A stretch of DNA of 64,000 nt from Hemiscyllium ocellatum (lineage: Eukaryota), in NCBI RefSeq assembly GCF_020745735.1, contig NW_026867636.1, positions 222,388 through 286,387 on the forward strand. The letters are read 5' to 3'. The notes under the pieces are model-generated. The model saw only the letters and a list, made by a program, of their open reading frames with translations, had not been told where the DNA came from and ran no database searches. Positions 26,753 to 40,365 of this stretch are shown here, piece by piece. Position 1 is the first letter of the stretch. Every line of letters begins with the position of its first letter. The position numbers and the translations under genes were made by a program.

Positions 26753-28271
26753 CTGCCCCTGCCCCATTCATACTTCTGATTATACGTTCAGGTGAAGCAA
26801 CCTTTCCTCAGGAACAGTCCTCTCGCTACGTCTGTTAGCCAGGCGAATCTTGGCTGCATTCCCATTGAATGCCCAGTTCATAATTCCAGGCTTTGAGTTA
26901 AGTGAGCTTTCTGACTGGATTTTATAACATCGGAACATGACAATGTTACGTGTGCATTCACATCTCATCATATCATCCACTTTGCTGTCTGACTCGTGTG
27001 AGGTATTTTTGAAATGTTTACAGAACAAATATACTATGGTAAAATGTGATTCATGTTTGCAGAAAAATAGAAAATAAAACAAAATACTCTTATTTGAAAT
27101 GGTGAGAAACTATTAAACGTTATTTTCCACGGGGTTTATGCCATGTGAAATCTAACATGATCATAGAGCCAACAATGTGCAGGACAAACAATACACTGTG
27201 GTTATTGTCACTGTATTAGGAACATGGGTAAGTGTTGTGAATTTCTTTTGGTCTGTAATTACATTTCACTGAAGATATTCACATATATTTCGGGATCCTA
27301 CATCGCAGAGTCGCTTTGTGGCACATTCCACACGCGCAAACACAAAAACATGCAGACACAGAACCTCTCATGCAAACTCCAGCACACAGACAGTCGTACA
27401 GTCGAAAACACACTGAATGGTATAAAAGCACTGGTACATGCTCACAGGCACACTCAGACATGGACTGTCAATTTGTCGGTCACGAAGACGTGTACACACA
27501 CGCACTGTAATATATGTACCCTCAATTTCACGAGTGCGCACACGCGCACATGCACACAGAGAAACAGACACATGGAACCTTACACACTGACAAACTTAAT
27601 CAGTCTATTTTAACACTCCTTCTCACGTACTTGTAACACTGTCTGACCTATATGTACTCAATGACAAACTCCCTTACCCTGATAGGCACACAATCCTTCA
27701 CACAAACACACATGCGTTTGCACACGTACGTTCTCATATAGACATACACGATCTCCAACATATCTGTCTGACATCGGCACATTCCCTCATATATACACAC
27801 GAGAACATTCTCTCAAAACACACACGCACCTGCTCGGCCAATCCTCAGATACAGATTAACGTTCCATCAATTTTCGAAGTTTATAAAAGATGGACATTTC
27901 CTTCACAACCACGGAAACACATGCAAGAGTGGGGCGTTGTGAGTACATGTCATTGGATCGTTGATCACTCTCAATACCACATATTATATACTTTATCCTG
28001 TCAATCTACATTTATCCACACCGAAAACACCCAGAAATATTGAGGATGGATTTAGATGCAAGGCAGCGTGCCTCTACAGTGTTCCAGTCATATTCTTTCC
28101 GAAAACAATGGCATGGGGAGCTCGTTCCATGATGTTCCAATCAGCTTTGTGAAGCACAAGCAGAATCTGACCAGAGATCTCGCATTAAAGTCAGTTTAAC
28201 CAGTCTCTCTTACATGCTTCCGTTCAAAGCACAATTCTGAACTCTTGATTCAGACATGAAGAGTCAAAATA

Positions 28272-28490
28272 TCAAAACAAAGTGAAACAACTGCAGGTGT
28301 TGTAAATCAGAAGCAAAAACAGAATTTGCATGAAAAGCTCAGCAGTTTTAGCAGCATCTGTGAAGAAAAGTCATGTTAATGTTTCGGTTCCTGTTTTCAG
28401 AACAATGGCTAATAGACCAGGAACATTTGTTCTGATTTCTCTTCCCAGATGGTGCCAGAGCAGCTGTGCATGTCCAGCAATTATTTTTAT
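28272..28490. mobile_element. Penelope-pLTR-derived fold-back element
   Basis: AAAGCTCAGCAG..GCAGCATCTGTGAAGA mirrored by TCTTCCCAGATGGTGCC..AGCTGTGC. Confidence 0.55.
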
Positions 28491-29154
28491 TGATCGGCAT
28501 TATATATAATTCGGTTTTAAAAAATACTCAAAAGGAACTGAAATCCTCCACAAATTCATGTTATGCGTTCAGAAATCTCTGCTTTGTTCTGATTCTCGTT
28601 TGGATTCGTGCTTTAATACATTCACATATGAAGATGTCCTAATCTCATGACCTATATCCTCTTTCCAAACACAGCACATAATTCCAATTCGCTGTGTGAA
28701 ACAGAACCCTCACAGTGTAAGGAAGAGGTGAGTCTTGAGCCAAATCTGTGTTAAATCTGATCTCTCGGCAAAGTCAAATGAAACTTGTTGAATATATCAA
28801 GGATTCAAATCTCTCCATTTGTTTTTCCCCTTTCAAAATTCACAGGATAGTGTCAGCAGATTTGAAAAGAGATAAATAATATCTCTCTTTGCTGTGCACA
28901 TGCACAAGTAACATAACAATCCTGGGTCCGAGACAGAGTAAGTCTTCTCCAGACTATCCTCATTAAATGCTCCCAGAACAGGTGCAGCATGGTGGGAGAA
29001 CTAGAGTAAGATATCGCATCTAGTTTATCTCATCGAAAAATCTTTGGCCCCAGATTTCACATCCCATCTTCAAACTGCTCGATGCCTGCAGAAAAGTCTC
29101 TGAGTCTTGCCTGAACATTTGGGGAGCTATTCATCTCAGTAAGCCATTACAACT

Positions 29155-29223
29155 ATCTCTCTCTCTCTCTACCTGTATCTTTATCGCCCTTTTCTGTCTT
29201 CACTTCCCCAATTATCACTGTCT

Positions 29224-29257
<34 letters not shown>

Positions 29258-29265
29258 CTCACTCG

Positions 29266-29310
<45 letters not shown>
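29155..29310. repeat. (CT)n microsatellite
   Basis: Long CT runs. Confidence 0.9.
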
Positions 29311-29311
<1 letters not shown>

Positions 29312-31747
29312 CTCTCTATACCGGTATCTTTGTCTGGAACTTCTCTGTTTCCCTTGCTAACCTCTGTGGTTGTTTCTTAGCAGTATGTTATTAAATTGTA
29401 AGGTTAAGGCAAATTGCGTACTGAGTGTAACAGTGTTTGCTATGTCTTGGAGTGTCTCCGAATTACTTCGGGGGGGCGGCAGTAAATAGCTTATTCAGCT
29501 GATACAAGTCGTTAAGCCGGGATCAATGATTCTGGTGAAGGGAACAAGTGCAATATATCGCACGTTCTCTGACATAACCTCGCTGGGTGGGACTGAAAAC
29601 TGTGCCAACAACTAAAGTGGCTATAAACAAATACATACAGCTTCCTCGCGTGACCAATTAATCGGTAGATGGAATATAATCTGTTGAAATGTCCCCGTGC
29701 AGCCGGAATCTCTGAACTAACTCAATAACACATTAACATCCCCGTTCCCTGCCCAGTTAACACTGTCAGAGCCAGTGAAGTTTTGGCCCTTCGGAAGAGA
29801 AATGTAATGACTGGATATTATCACATTGCAACATGGAGGAATAGTGTAACAGCCAGTATCATTCACACATGTCACTCCCTTATTCTAATGTTCATTCCTT
29901 CACTTTAATGCTCACTCTTCCATTATCACTGACACTGTCTCAGGCACACACTCACTCCTCCGTTTTTACACTGATACTCTGATTCCCTTAGAGTCGTAGT
30001 CACTCCCTCACAATCACAGTTATACTGACTCACCCACAGATACACTGACTCTATTACAGACGCACTCACTCTCTCAAAGTCAATTTACTCTCTCAGATAC
30101 ATTTACCCATTCACTGTTACTCTCACTCCCAGTTTTCCGCCCTCACTGTCACGATCACACTTTCACCGTTCCGCTCATCTCCTCACTGGCATACTTAATA
30201 CCTCACTGACACAATGAGTCCCTCAATTCATTTTCACTCCCTCACTCTCACTCTCTCATTGTCACAATCAGTCTTCCAGTGTCACTCTCCCTCATTCACT
30301 ATCACCCCGTCACTCTCACTCACTCGCCATTATACTCACTCCATTTCTCTCACCCCCACACTCTCACTCCCTCACTCTAAATGTCGTTGCCTCAGAGTCA
30401 CAATCTTTCCCCCAATGTCAAACTTATCCTCTCACTTTATCATCGTCACATTCTCTCAATCGGTTGCACTCTCATTTTCACTTATCAAGTGGCGTTCACA
30501 CTCTCACTGTCGCCGTCACAACCTCATAGTCACGCTCAAACCTGACTTTCATTCTACTTTATCAATGTCGCAATTACTCTCTCACATTGACGTTCACACG
30601 TACACTGTTAAACTGAATATCCTGTTCTCATATTACTATCAGTCTGAACACACGGGGTCACTTTCACTCCCTCACTGTCAATCCCTCTCTCACATTCACT
30701 CTCTGTCATGAACATTCAATTACACTCACTGTCTCACTCAGTCTCCCACATCGTAAATCCCCTACTCTCACTCTCAGTCCCTCACTCTCTTACACTCACT
30801 TCACTTTCTCACAGTCATGCTCAATCCCTCACAGTCAAACCCACTCAATCACTGCCAGACGACAACCACACTGTCACACTGACTGTCTCACAAAATGTCA
30901 CACTAACTGCCGGAAAATCCGTACTGTACCTCACTGTCAATGCCACACCCCCTAGTCATCGCCGCTACCCACAATCATCATCACTCTTTCACAGTCAGTC
31001 TGTATTCGCACTCTACTATTACCACAATGGCTGTCTCGCGTTCCCACTTAGTCCTTCACTGCAGCCCTCACTCACTTACTGTCACACTGACGCTCTGAAT
31101 TTCGCGTTTCATCCGACACAGTTACAATTACTCCCAAACTGACAACCTCATTGCCACAAATTACATGATGTATCTCACTGTCAGTGCCAATTCCATCACA
31201 GTCAGATTCACTGCCTTACTTTCAACCTCGGTCTCCCAAGGTCACACCCAGACATTCACTGTCCCACTCACTCCCTCACAGTCACACTGACTCTCTCACA
31301 TTTAGACGCAGTTGGGGACAGTTACAGTTACTCCCGTACTGCCATATTCACTGCCACAAGGCACATGTAATATTTCATGGTCAGTATCACGCCCTCACAG
31401 ACACCGCCACTCTGTCACAGTCATCATGCGCTGAGGCAATCTGCTTCATGCTCACTCAATCACATTCACGCCTACTCCCTCGTTGTCACACTCACTCCCT
31501 GAGAGACACGCTAACACCCTTACAGTCCCTCTCCTTCCCTCACACTCTCACTGACTCTGCCACTGTCGCACTCACTCCTTCATAATCACATTCACTCTAT
31601 CACAGTCATGCTTACTCTCCCACTGTCCCACACAGTCAGTGACTCTGAAACTCACGCTTTCGCAGTCACACTGATTCTGTCACATCCACGCTCGGTCTAG
31701 CGCAGTGCATTTATTATCAGATGAGTAGTTGAGACGTTATTTTTTAA

Positions 31748-32035
31748 GATTAGATTACTTACAGTATGGAAACTTCAGCGCCACAAATCCACACCGACCC
31801 GCAACCCACCCTGACCCATTTGCCTTCATTTTCCCCTTCACCTCACACTTCGGACATGTTAGCATAGCCACTTCACCTAACCTGCACATTTTTGGACTGT
31901 GGGAGTAAAGCCGAGCACCCGGAGGAAACTCATGCAGACTCAGGGAAAATGTGCAAACTCCACACAGTCAGTCGCTTGAGGTAGGAATTGAACCCAGATC
32001 TCTGGCGTTGTGAGGCAGAAGTGCTAACCACTGTT
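31748..32035 (-). mobile_element. HE1-type SINE
   Basis: TAGATTAGATTAC tail to GTGCTAACCACTG head. Confidence 0.85.
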
Positions 32036-32081
32036 ATAACACACTATAACACACTGAAGTGCAACCTGCGACTCTCAGGAA

Positions 32082-32156
32082 TGGCTGCGGTGGGATTCAA
32101 ACACATGCCTCCTGAGAGCCTTAATCAAGCGCCTCAGACCGCTCGGCCACACTATC
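32082..32156 (-). tRNA. tRNA-Leu(AAG) pseudogene
   Basis: Minus strand GATAGTGTGGCCGAGCGGTCTGAGGCGCTTGATTAAGGCTCTCAGGAGGCATGTGTTTGAATCCCACCGCAGCCA follows vertebrate tRNA-Leu-AAG, with a ~7 nt deletion at the anticodon stem/variable arm and a mutated B box (GTTTGAA). Confidence 0.85.
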
Positions 32157-32166
32157 AGACGATCCA

Positions 32167-32483
32167 TTAGATTAGATTCACCACAGTAGGGAAATAGGCC
32201 CTTCAGCCCAACAAGTCCATGTTGACCCTCTGAAGAGTAACCCATAGAGACAACTAGCGTATATTTACTCCTGACTAATGCACCTAACACTATAGGCAAT
32301 TTATCATGGCCAATTCACCTGACCTACACACCTTTGGATTGTGGGAGGAAACCGGAGCACCGGGAACAAAACCACGCAGACATGGGGAGAATGTGCAAAG
32401 TCCACACAGACTGTTCCCTGAGGCAGGATTTGAACCTTGCGCTGTGAGGCATCAATGCGAACCGCTGAGCCACCATGCCACCC
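32167..32483 (-). mobile_element. HE1-type SINE
   Basis: TTAGATTAGATTC tail to GAGCCACCATGCCACCC head. Confidence 0.85.
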
Positions 32484-35400
32484 TAAGTTATTCCCCCACT
32501 GTCACACTCACTGCCACAAATTAGATGTAGATTCTCACTGTCAGTGCCTCTCTCTCAGAGTAACCGCCACTCCCTCACAGTCCTCATCACTAGCACACAG
32601 TCACTCTCAGAATCTGACTTGCACTCTTAATCTTTTACTGCTGCTATTGTTTTGTCACGTTCACATTTAGTCCTTCATTGTCATACTGACTTCCCCGGTG
32701 TCAATCCGAGTCACTGGCTGTCAATGTTTCACTCACTCTCACGCGCTGTGACCTTCACTCCATGACACTTACTCCCTCACTGTCACAATCACTCTGTCGC
32801 AGTAACTCTCATTAGCTCAAAATTACGTTCAGCCTCCCACACCACTCAGATTCCCATTCTCTGTCATATTGACCAGCGCACTGTCATGCTCACTTTCTCA
32901 CATTTTGGTCTACTACTTCACAGTCATGCTCACTCCGTCACTTTTACACTTTTTTTTCTCCACAGTCACTCTAATTCGATCACAGTCATGCAGATTCCCA
33001 CTAAGCCACACTGAATCTCTCAGTTTCTGGCCCACTCCTTCACAGTCACAATAATGCCCAGACTGTCAAACTCACTCCATTACCGCCTAGCTAACGTCCT
33101 CACAATCACAGTTTCACGCTCACAGACACGCTCAGTCCCTCACATTCACTCTCACTTCCTTACAGTCATACAGATTTCCTCACTTCTTCTATCAGATTCG
33201 GGCTCACATGTTCACAGTCACACTTACTCACACACAGTCACAGTCACTCCCTCAAAGTGGCACATAATCCCTCACAATCACGTTCACTCCCTCAAAGTCA
33301 CAGTCACTCCGTCACTGTCACACGCAATCCCTCACAATCATACTCACTCTCCCACATTCGCCCTCGATCAGGCATAGTTCCAATTGCTGCAACAATGTTT
33401 CACTCACTGCCACAAAATACATGAAGAATCTCCTTGTCACTGCCACTCACTCAAAGACACCACTACCCCCTCCTTCACAGTCACGTTCACAATCTGACTT
33501 GCACTCTCACTCTTTCACTGCAACAATGGCTCTCTCACTTTCGCTTTATTCCTTCACTCTCAAACTGATTCCCTTGCTGTCATGACTCACTGGCTATCAA
33601 TGCCTCACTCACACTCACTCGCTGTGACACTCACTCCATTACTCTTGCTGCTTCACTGTCACACTCACACTTTCACAGTGACTCTGATTTTCTCAGTTTG
33701 AGTCTTTGCCTCCAAATCTCGCTTTCACGTTCTCACAGCTACACTCGCTACCTCACAGTCAAGCTTCACTTCCTCACAGTTAGGTTCACTCTCTCAGTCA
33801 CGATCAATCTCTCACAGTCATCCTCACTCCCTCACTGTAACACTCACTCCCTCACTGTAAACCTCACTCCCTCACATCTACAATGACTCACTTATATTCG
33901 CGTTTGCCAGCATAGGCACATCTCCGCATGCACTGTGCAACAAATTCCTGAGAGTGCATGTACTATCTTGCTGTCAGCGCCACTCCGTTGCAGGCACACT
34001 ACCTCCGTCACTATGAAACTCTCTGCCTCACAGTCATGCACAATCTCTGACATTTAAGCTCACTCACCCCCAGTCAAGCTCACTTCCTCACAGTTACATG
34101 CGCTCCCTCACAGTCACACTGAGTCTTTCAGATTCGTGTTCAAACCGTGACAGTCAACCTTACTCCCACACGGTCACATTCAAAGTCATGCTCACTCTCG
34201 TGCAGTGCCATTCTCTCCCACAGCGTCACGCTGACTCCGTTACTGTCATACGCACTCCCTCACATTCACATTCTCACCATCACAGCCACGCTCAGTGCTT
34301 CACAGCCACGTTACTACCTCAGAGTCACGCCCATAAACTCACAGTCACATTATCTCCCTTACCATAACGCTCACTCCCTCACAGTCTTTCAAATTTCCTC
34401 AGTCATTCACACGCCCTCAAAGCCACACTGACTTTAACAATTTCTGGATTACTCCATCACAGTCACACTTGGGCCAACACAGTCACACTCACTCCCTCAC
34501 AGTCACACTGAATCTCAAAGGTTTGTATCGCTCCGTTAGAAATTGTCTCTGTAATACTAAATCCCTCACAGTCACGTTCACTGCCACACAGTCACCCACA
34601 CTTCCTCAGAGTCACACTGACTCCCTTACAGTTGCACTGACTCAATCCGTTTCTGGCTCACAACTGTCATATTTGCCCTACCTCCCCCATTGTCACACTC
34701 AGTCCCGAACCACCATGCCATCTCCCTCACAATAACTCTTATTTTCGCATTTTAACCATCAGCCTCTGACACTGAGTTTCATAATCTCACAAGAACACTC
34801 GCTCCCTCACAGTCACACTCACTCTCTCCCTTTCCACCTCAATCTTTCAAAGTGACACTTGCGCCCACCCTGGCATACTCACTCCCTCGTAGTTACACTG
34901 ACTCAGTCAGGTTTAGACTCAGTTTGTGACGTTCACCCTTAGTCCCACACTGCCTCACTCACTCGCTCACAATTACACTAACTCCCTCACAATCACATTT
35001 ATTCCCTTACACTCACGCTGATTCTGGCATTGTCCCAATCACTCCAACACAGTCACTCTCAATCCCTCACAGCCACGATCATTCCCTCACCATCATCTTC
35101 AGTCCCTCACTGTAATACTTACTCACTCACAACTACAATTACTCTCTCATATTTGCGCAGATCATCGCAGTCGCACTTTCTCACTCACTGTCACAATTAA
35201 CGCCTAACAGTACCTACAGTATCTCATGATCAGCATCAATTCCTCACAGGCACACTCACTTCGGCAAAGTTACAGTCTCTGCTTCACCGTCATTCGCACT
35301 CCCTCAGTGTTCAATTAAATGTCTCAAATTCGGTCTCACTCCTTCACGATCACATTAAATAAAACACTCTCACTTTGACAATTCACCGGCACGCTCACCG

Positions 35401-36399
35401 GCACAGTCACAGTTAAAGCTTCACAGTCATGCACTCTCCCTCACAGTCACACTGACTCACGCAGATTCAGGCTCACTCTGTCGCAAACACACTTACTCAG
35501 ACCGTATCTTACTCACTACCCCTGCACTCACTCTTACTTCCACACAGTTAAATTCTCTCCTTCACTGTCGCACTCACTCCCTGACAGTCAGACTGACTCT
35601 CTGACATTCTAGCTCACTCCGTCTTAGAATTGCTTCCTCCCACAATGTCACATTAACTGTCTCCAAGTGCATCCAGTATTTCACTGTGAGCACGACTCCC
35701 TCTCAGTCATACTCACTTCCTCATAGTCGTGGTCATGACCTGTATTTCACTGTACCTCCTTCACTTATATACATAGTCACTCTTTCATTGCCCCATGCAT
35801 CCCTCCCTGTCACTCTCCCTCTCCACTCTCACTCTCGCTCCATCTGCGTCACAATCACTCATTCACTCTAACATTCACTACCCCAATGTACTTCAATAAA
35901 GTCTCAGTCACACATGTGCTCTCACTCTCTTACAGTGACATTTCCCGCCCCTCTCTATCCCTCTCAGGCGCACACTCCCTCACAGTCAAGGTGACTCCCT
36001 CACAATCCTGTTCACTGTCACTACATTATTTTCATTTTCACTCTCCCTCTCTCTCTCACGCCTTCAGAATCAAATTGTCTCTCACACTCAAACTTTCATT
36101 CCCAGTCTTCCTCACAGCCACGCTCAGCATCTGACTTCGACTGTCTCTCCATCACGTTCTAAACGGCGTTCCCACATTCACACTCACACCTTCACTGTCA
36201 GACTAGCTCTTTCATTTTCACACTCTCTCACTCCCTGACAATGATACTCACACCCCTCTCTCACTCCCTTTCAGACATACTCATGCCTACAATACCATAG
36301 TCATTCTAAATCATTAACAATAGCACTCGCTTTTCTTCCCTCTTTTTCACTCTCCAGCCTTCGCTGCCTCATTCAAATCCTTTCACTTCTCATCAGTAA

Positions 36400-39300
36400 A
36401 ACTGAAACAGTCACCGTAGCTCGTCTTGCCACTAGAAATCTGCTAACTGAGTGTGAAAACTGGTATCACATACGTCTCACTAACTCTCCATTCCCCAACC
36501 ATCTTCCCAATTTCTTATTCAGGAGTAGTCGAATGAAATGTCATTCCTTCACGCGCTCTACGATCCACAAGTGATAATTTATTCATCTAACTCCAACAGT
36601 GGACAAATTAAGAGAATAAAGAAAAAGCAGACAATTCATCCCCAACAACTAACCATTCTGTAACTGCGCAAACGTCTACTGTTACGCTGTTCCAGTGACA
36701 CAGGTCCCACTTACAGATATCCAAGTAATCAGACATTTACAAAAAAAAGTCTCAAATTCCACACCGAATCGGTCTTCAGACTTGTTCCTCATCCTCCTTG
36801 CTGATATTCTTTCCGTTACACATCTGTCTATCGAATGATAATGAAAACCTGTATTTTTGTGAATTCTGACGCCTGGTATAGTCGTTAAACATGTTGATAT
36901 AGTACTTATGATTGGATGGTGCTTTTGCAGAAACTTGGAAGCTATAACCTCTTCAGTTGCCAATGGCTCTCCTGAGTTTCTAAAATGCCCTTACTTTTAT
37001 GTTCTTAACGGTCGATTAGCTTATTTACAACTGGATTGGTTCAGTGTTGTCAACGCCATCAGTTTTAAATTTGACAGAATTTTAGTGCCTCAGCGTTTGG
37101 TTTAAATTGATTGATTAAGTTTGAAATAATTTGTTGTCTCGTTAAAATTGCCGTTTGGATCTTTAATACAAAATGTTTCATTTCGGTCACTCTTTGTACT
37201 TCCCTTTTCAGCAGCTGTTCAGACATTTGTTTGCTTTGAAATCGAAGGAATCGAAAACAACATGTCAGCCTTTAAAGGGGGCACACACTCTTCTCAATTT
37301 AGCAACTACATATCAATTTCGCAACACACTGAACCAAAGTGATGAAAGTAAGCTTTCCTTTTCTTTTCGCTTCAGATTTCTCACACCATTATCGCCAACG
37401 GTCATGAATCTAAAGTTAAGTATTTTATCCTAATTCTGAAAATACACATAAAATGTTAACATACCAGTTATGTCTTACTGCACAATTTCTTTTGCACCTG
37501 CAATGAAACATCTGAAATTAAACTTTATGACATGTAGCATGTGTAATTCATGAATTAATCCAGCAACATAAGACTCCAACAAAATAGTCTGTTGTTTTTG
37601 TCCTTCCATATTTCCTAAAATATAACAGTGTTATGGTCCATGTCCACAACCACCTCCGATACAATGTTCATAACATAAACATTAATGTGTTTTAAGGCCT
37701 GAACTAACCTCAATAATACATGGTTTCCTACCATGGTGTATTTGCTCTGCTGTGCGTCTTTGTGAAATTACCAAAAAGCATTTGAATTCCAAAATTCATC
37801 ACCTGCATCAACCCAGCTCCAACTCCTACAACACTGGCCTCAATAGCGTATTTAAACGAGTTCAAGAAATTTCGTGGGTGTGGTGATTTACATTGCTTTT
37901 ACATCCTCAAATTCCTCCTGGCTTTTCTCTATCCATCGAAATTTCATGTTCTCCTTTTGCAAATCCATCTGTGGTGCCACCACACTGCTGACGTTTGATG
38001 TAAATGTCCAGCAGATTACAGTCAGTCCTAAAAATTGGAGCACTTCTTTCTTCGAGTGTGTTTTTTGCTCATTCCTTAATTGTCATCGACGTTATATGCA
38101 TCAAAGGAATCCTTCCACGTCCGATGTTGTGTGCCAAGAACATCACTTCTGCTGTCGCAAATTCAGGTTTTGCGAAATGTATAACCAGATTTGCAATCTG
38201 TTGTTTTTCAAGGGGCTCTGCCAAATGCAACATGTCATGGTTCCATGAATGGCTATCGATCACTAGATCATCAATATGGAGACTGCATTTTGTCAATCCT
38301 GTCACAGCTTTGATATGTGGTTAGAGCAGTCTTATTTCCAAAGGGCACAGCTTTGAAATGATATGTCCCGTTTGAGGTTGCAAATGCAGAGACATCTTTC
38401 ACACACACCGAGAAAGGTACTTGCCAAAAACGACACAGTCAGTCCAAATTTGTGACGTAGCTGGCTTGTCCATTTCTTTTCCAAACAGCCTGCGGCTTGA
38501 AATTGGGGGTGAACCTGACTTATCTACACCATTGAACCTTCTGATAATCCTGAGAGAATCGTTGAATACCAACAGGCTGCAGAACCGATACAATGCGTGA
38601 ACTTTGCTCGCTTTGAGCTGGCTTTATGAATTCCTTCTTGGAGCATCGCTTCCACTTTCCTCTGTATCTGTGCAGCTTCATGAGGATAAAACCAAGGAGC
38701 GGGTTGTTGTATCGAAACAGCATTCCCTACACCAACTTCATGCACTATCGGTCCTCCGTATTCTATTCTGCTTTCTGTTCTCATATCGTTGACACAAGCC
38801 ATTCAGTTTAGTTCTTTTTTCGCTGAGAAAGATAATATCCGACCTTAACCGACTACTTAATGATGTCCACATTAATCAATTCATTCTCAGGCACAACAAA
38901 TTTAAAACGAACTCAATTTGATTACCAATTCTGAAAGGCAGAAAATAATACGTGTATCTGTATTTCTCATTAGGGAGGCGCTGGATTTTGTTTGGCATTG
39001 AATGTTTCTTTCCTGTCGTTTGATATGTGGCATGTCCACATTCACCGACATCTTTCCATAATCGAGACGAAAGGAAGAAGGGTTATGTCTGAGCCCGAGT
39101 GTTCCTCACTGCAATATAATCTCCTACTGATAATTCATGTGCTACCATTGTACCCCCTTGTCTGTGTGCTACCAGCAACACAGTCTGCTAAACATTTCTA
39201 TACAACCTGCTGACGTCTCCGGTCGTGTTACAGGATTATGTCCTTGAGATAATGACACATGGGAATTCAAGTGGATTTCTTTTCTGTCATGCTTTATTGT

Positions 39301-40330
39301 ATCAATCTTTTTTTTAATTTTCTCATCTTTTCATTGTAATTCCAGTGATATTTCAAAACTAAACACCACTGCCGTTTCCTCTACCTGCTCATTTTCTTTC
39401 TTGACAATTTCAGCAAACAGACTGTCAGCTAAGTGGATTTCAACGCTTCGTCTTTCTCTTTGGTCGTTCCTTCTTGCTTAGGTTATGGCAGTGTGTCCTT
39501 GTGACTGGACAGTCTAGAAATATTCTCGGGTGTTTCTCTTTAAATTCATCAAAGTCCCTGATTTCCCTTCGGCTTTCCGACTACAACAGGTGTCAATCCT
39601 GCCTTTAATCCTGCGAGAACAAACAGCACTTGTGGATACAGATTCTTTCTTTCAATCTCAGTACAACTTCCAAAGTCTGAATTCGACTTGCCAACTCAAC
39701 CTTATACAGTGGAATGCTAAATCCCTCTCTATTAATTTTGCAGATTATCACTCACTCTGTAAAATTTCAGATGGAATACAAATGTTTTTTATGACTGATT
39801 TTTAGAGACTATTTACTCCCGAATATCTGAATACCTTGTGTTCTTTACCATCCCCCCGTGTTCTTCCTGAGTAAAGCGTTCACACAGATATGAAGACGAT
39901 ATACAAAATCTGGCAACAGCTAACTAGCCAGCCCGCTGGAAGGCTTGCACTGTCCTCGAGCTCCTCGACTTCCTTTGGGATTTTTTTCACTACCTCAAAG
40001 GGGAGCGAGTATCATTGAGAGGGGGTGGGCGTGAGTGTGACAGTTTAGCCTCCTTTAACATGTCTCTTTTTCCTCAGTGCCATTCATAAAAACCCACGTC
40101 ATTGTAGTGAAAACATATGAAACCTTTCACCTCCTTTCCACCCACTTGGGCTTCTTTCCTTACCCGTGTTAATTTATACTTAGCGTGATCTCATGTTTAT
40201 TTTTCGTTGAAGTATCTTCGTTTCTTCCCCACTTTCACGCCCTCACAGAATTAATATTCATTCATTAATGCATATTCAACCATTTTTTGTCTGAAAGGTT
40301 TGGAAATGTCTCACTGAGACTGTCCATCTG
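36400..40330 (-). mobile_element. Decayed Gypsy LTR retrotransposon, Gmr1-like order (gag CCHC, PR region, integrase Zn finger, RT, RNase H, probable 3' LTR)
   Basis: CFHYNDVG knuckle ~40100; VAHELSVGDYIAVRNT ~39120; HEVGVGNAVSIQQ, SEQSSRIV..QRFSQDYQKV, HIDDLVI (YIDD), NLVIHFAKPEFA; probable LTR start TGTGAGAAA at ~37386. Confidence 0.8.
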
Positions 40331-40365
40331 CTTATTGTTCAGTAACATGACCCAAATAGACACCA

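Larger units (their letters stand above)
19330..28815 (+). repeat. Left arm of large inverted segmental duplication
   Basis: Start TGAGTATATGAATACCGGTACACCTCGTTACGAATCATC matches the reverse complement of the sequence ending at 55928; collinear with the right arm; 28732-28815 matches the reverse complement of 46312-46392. Confidence 0.95.
29865..36400. repeat. Degenerate 20-bp minisatellite (CACAGTCACACTCACTCCCT)n, ~6.5 kb
   Basis: Unit readable near 34478-34510 and 34807-34825; strongly G-poor plus strand; source of Ser/His/Thr/Leu ORFs. Confidence 0.9.

Noticed and set aside
30214-36134. Ser/His/Thr-rich mucin-like ORFs
   Set aside because: Artefacts of the G-poor minisatellite, open in several frames.
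28711-36400. RAG recombination signal sequences (CACAGTG at 28711, many CACAGT in the minisatellite)
   Set aside because: No ACAAAAACC nonamer at 12 or 23 bp spacing and no V/D/J segments seen.
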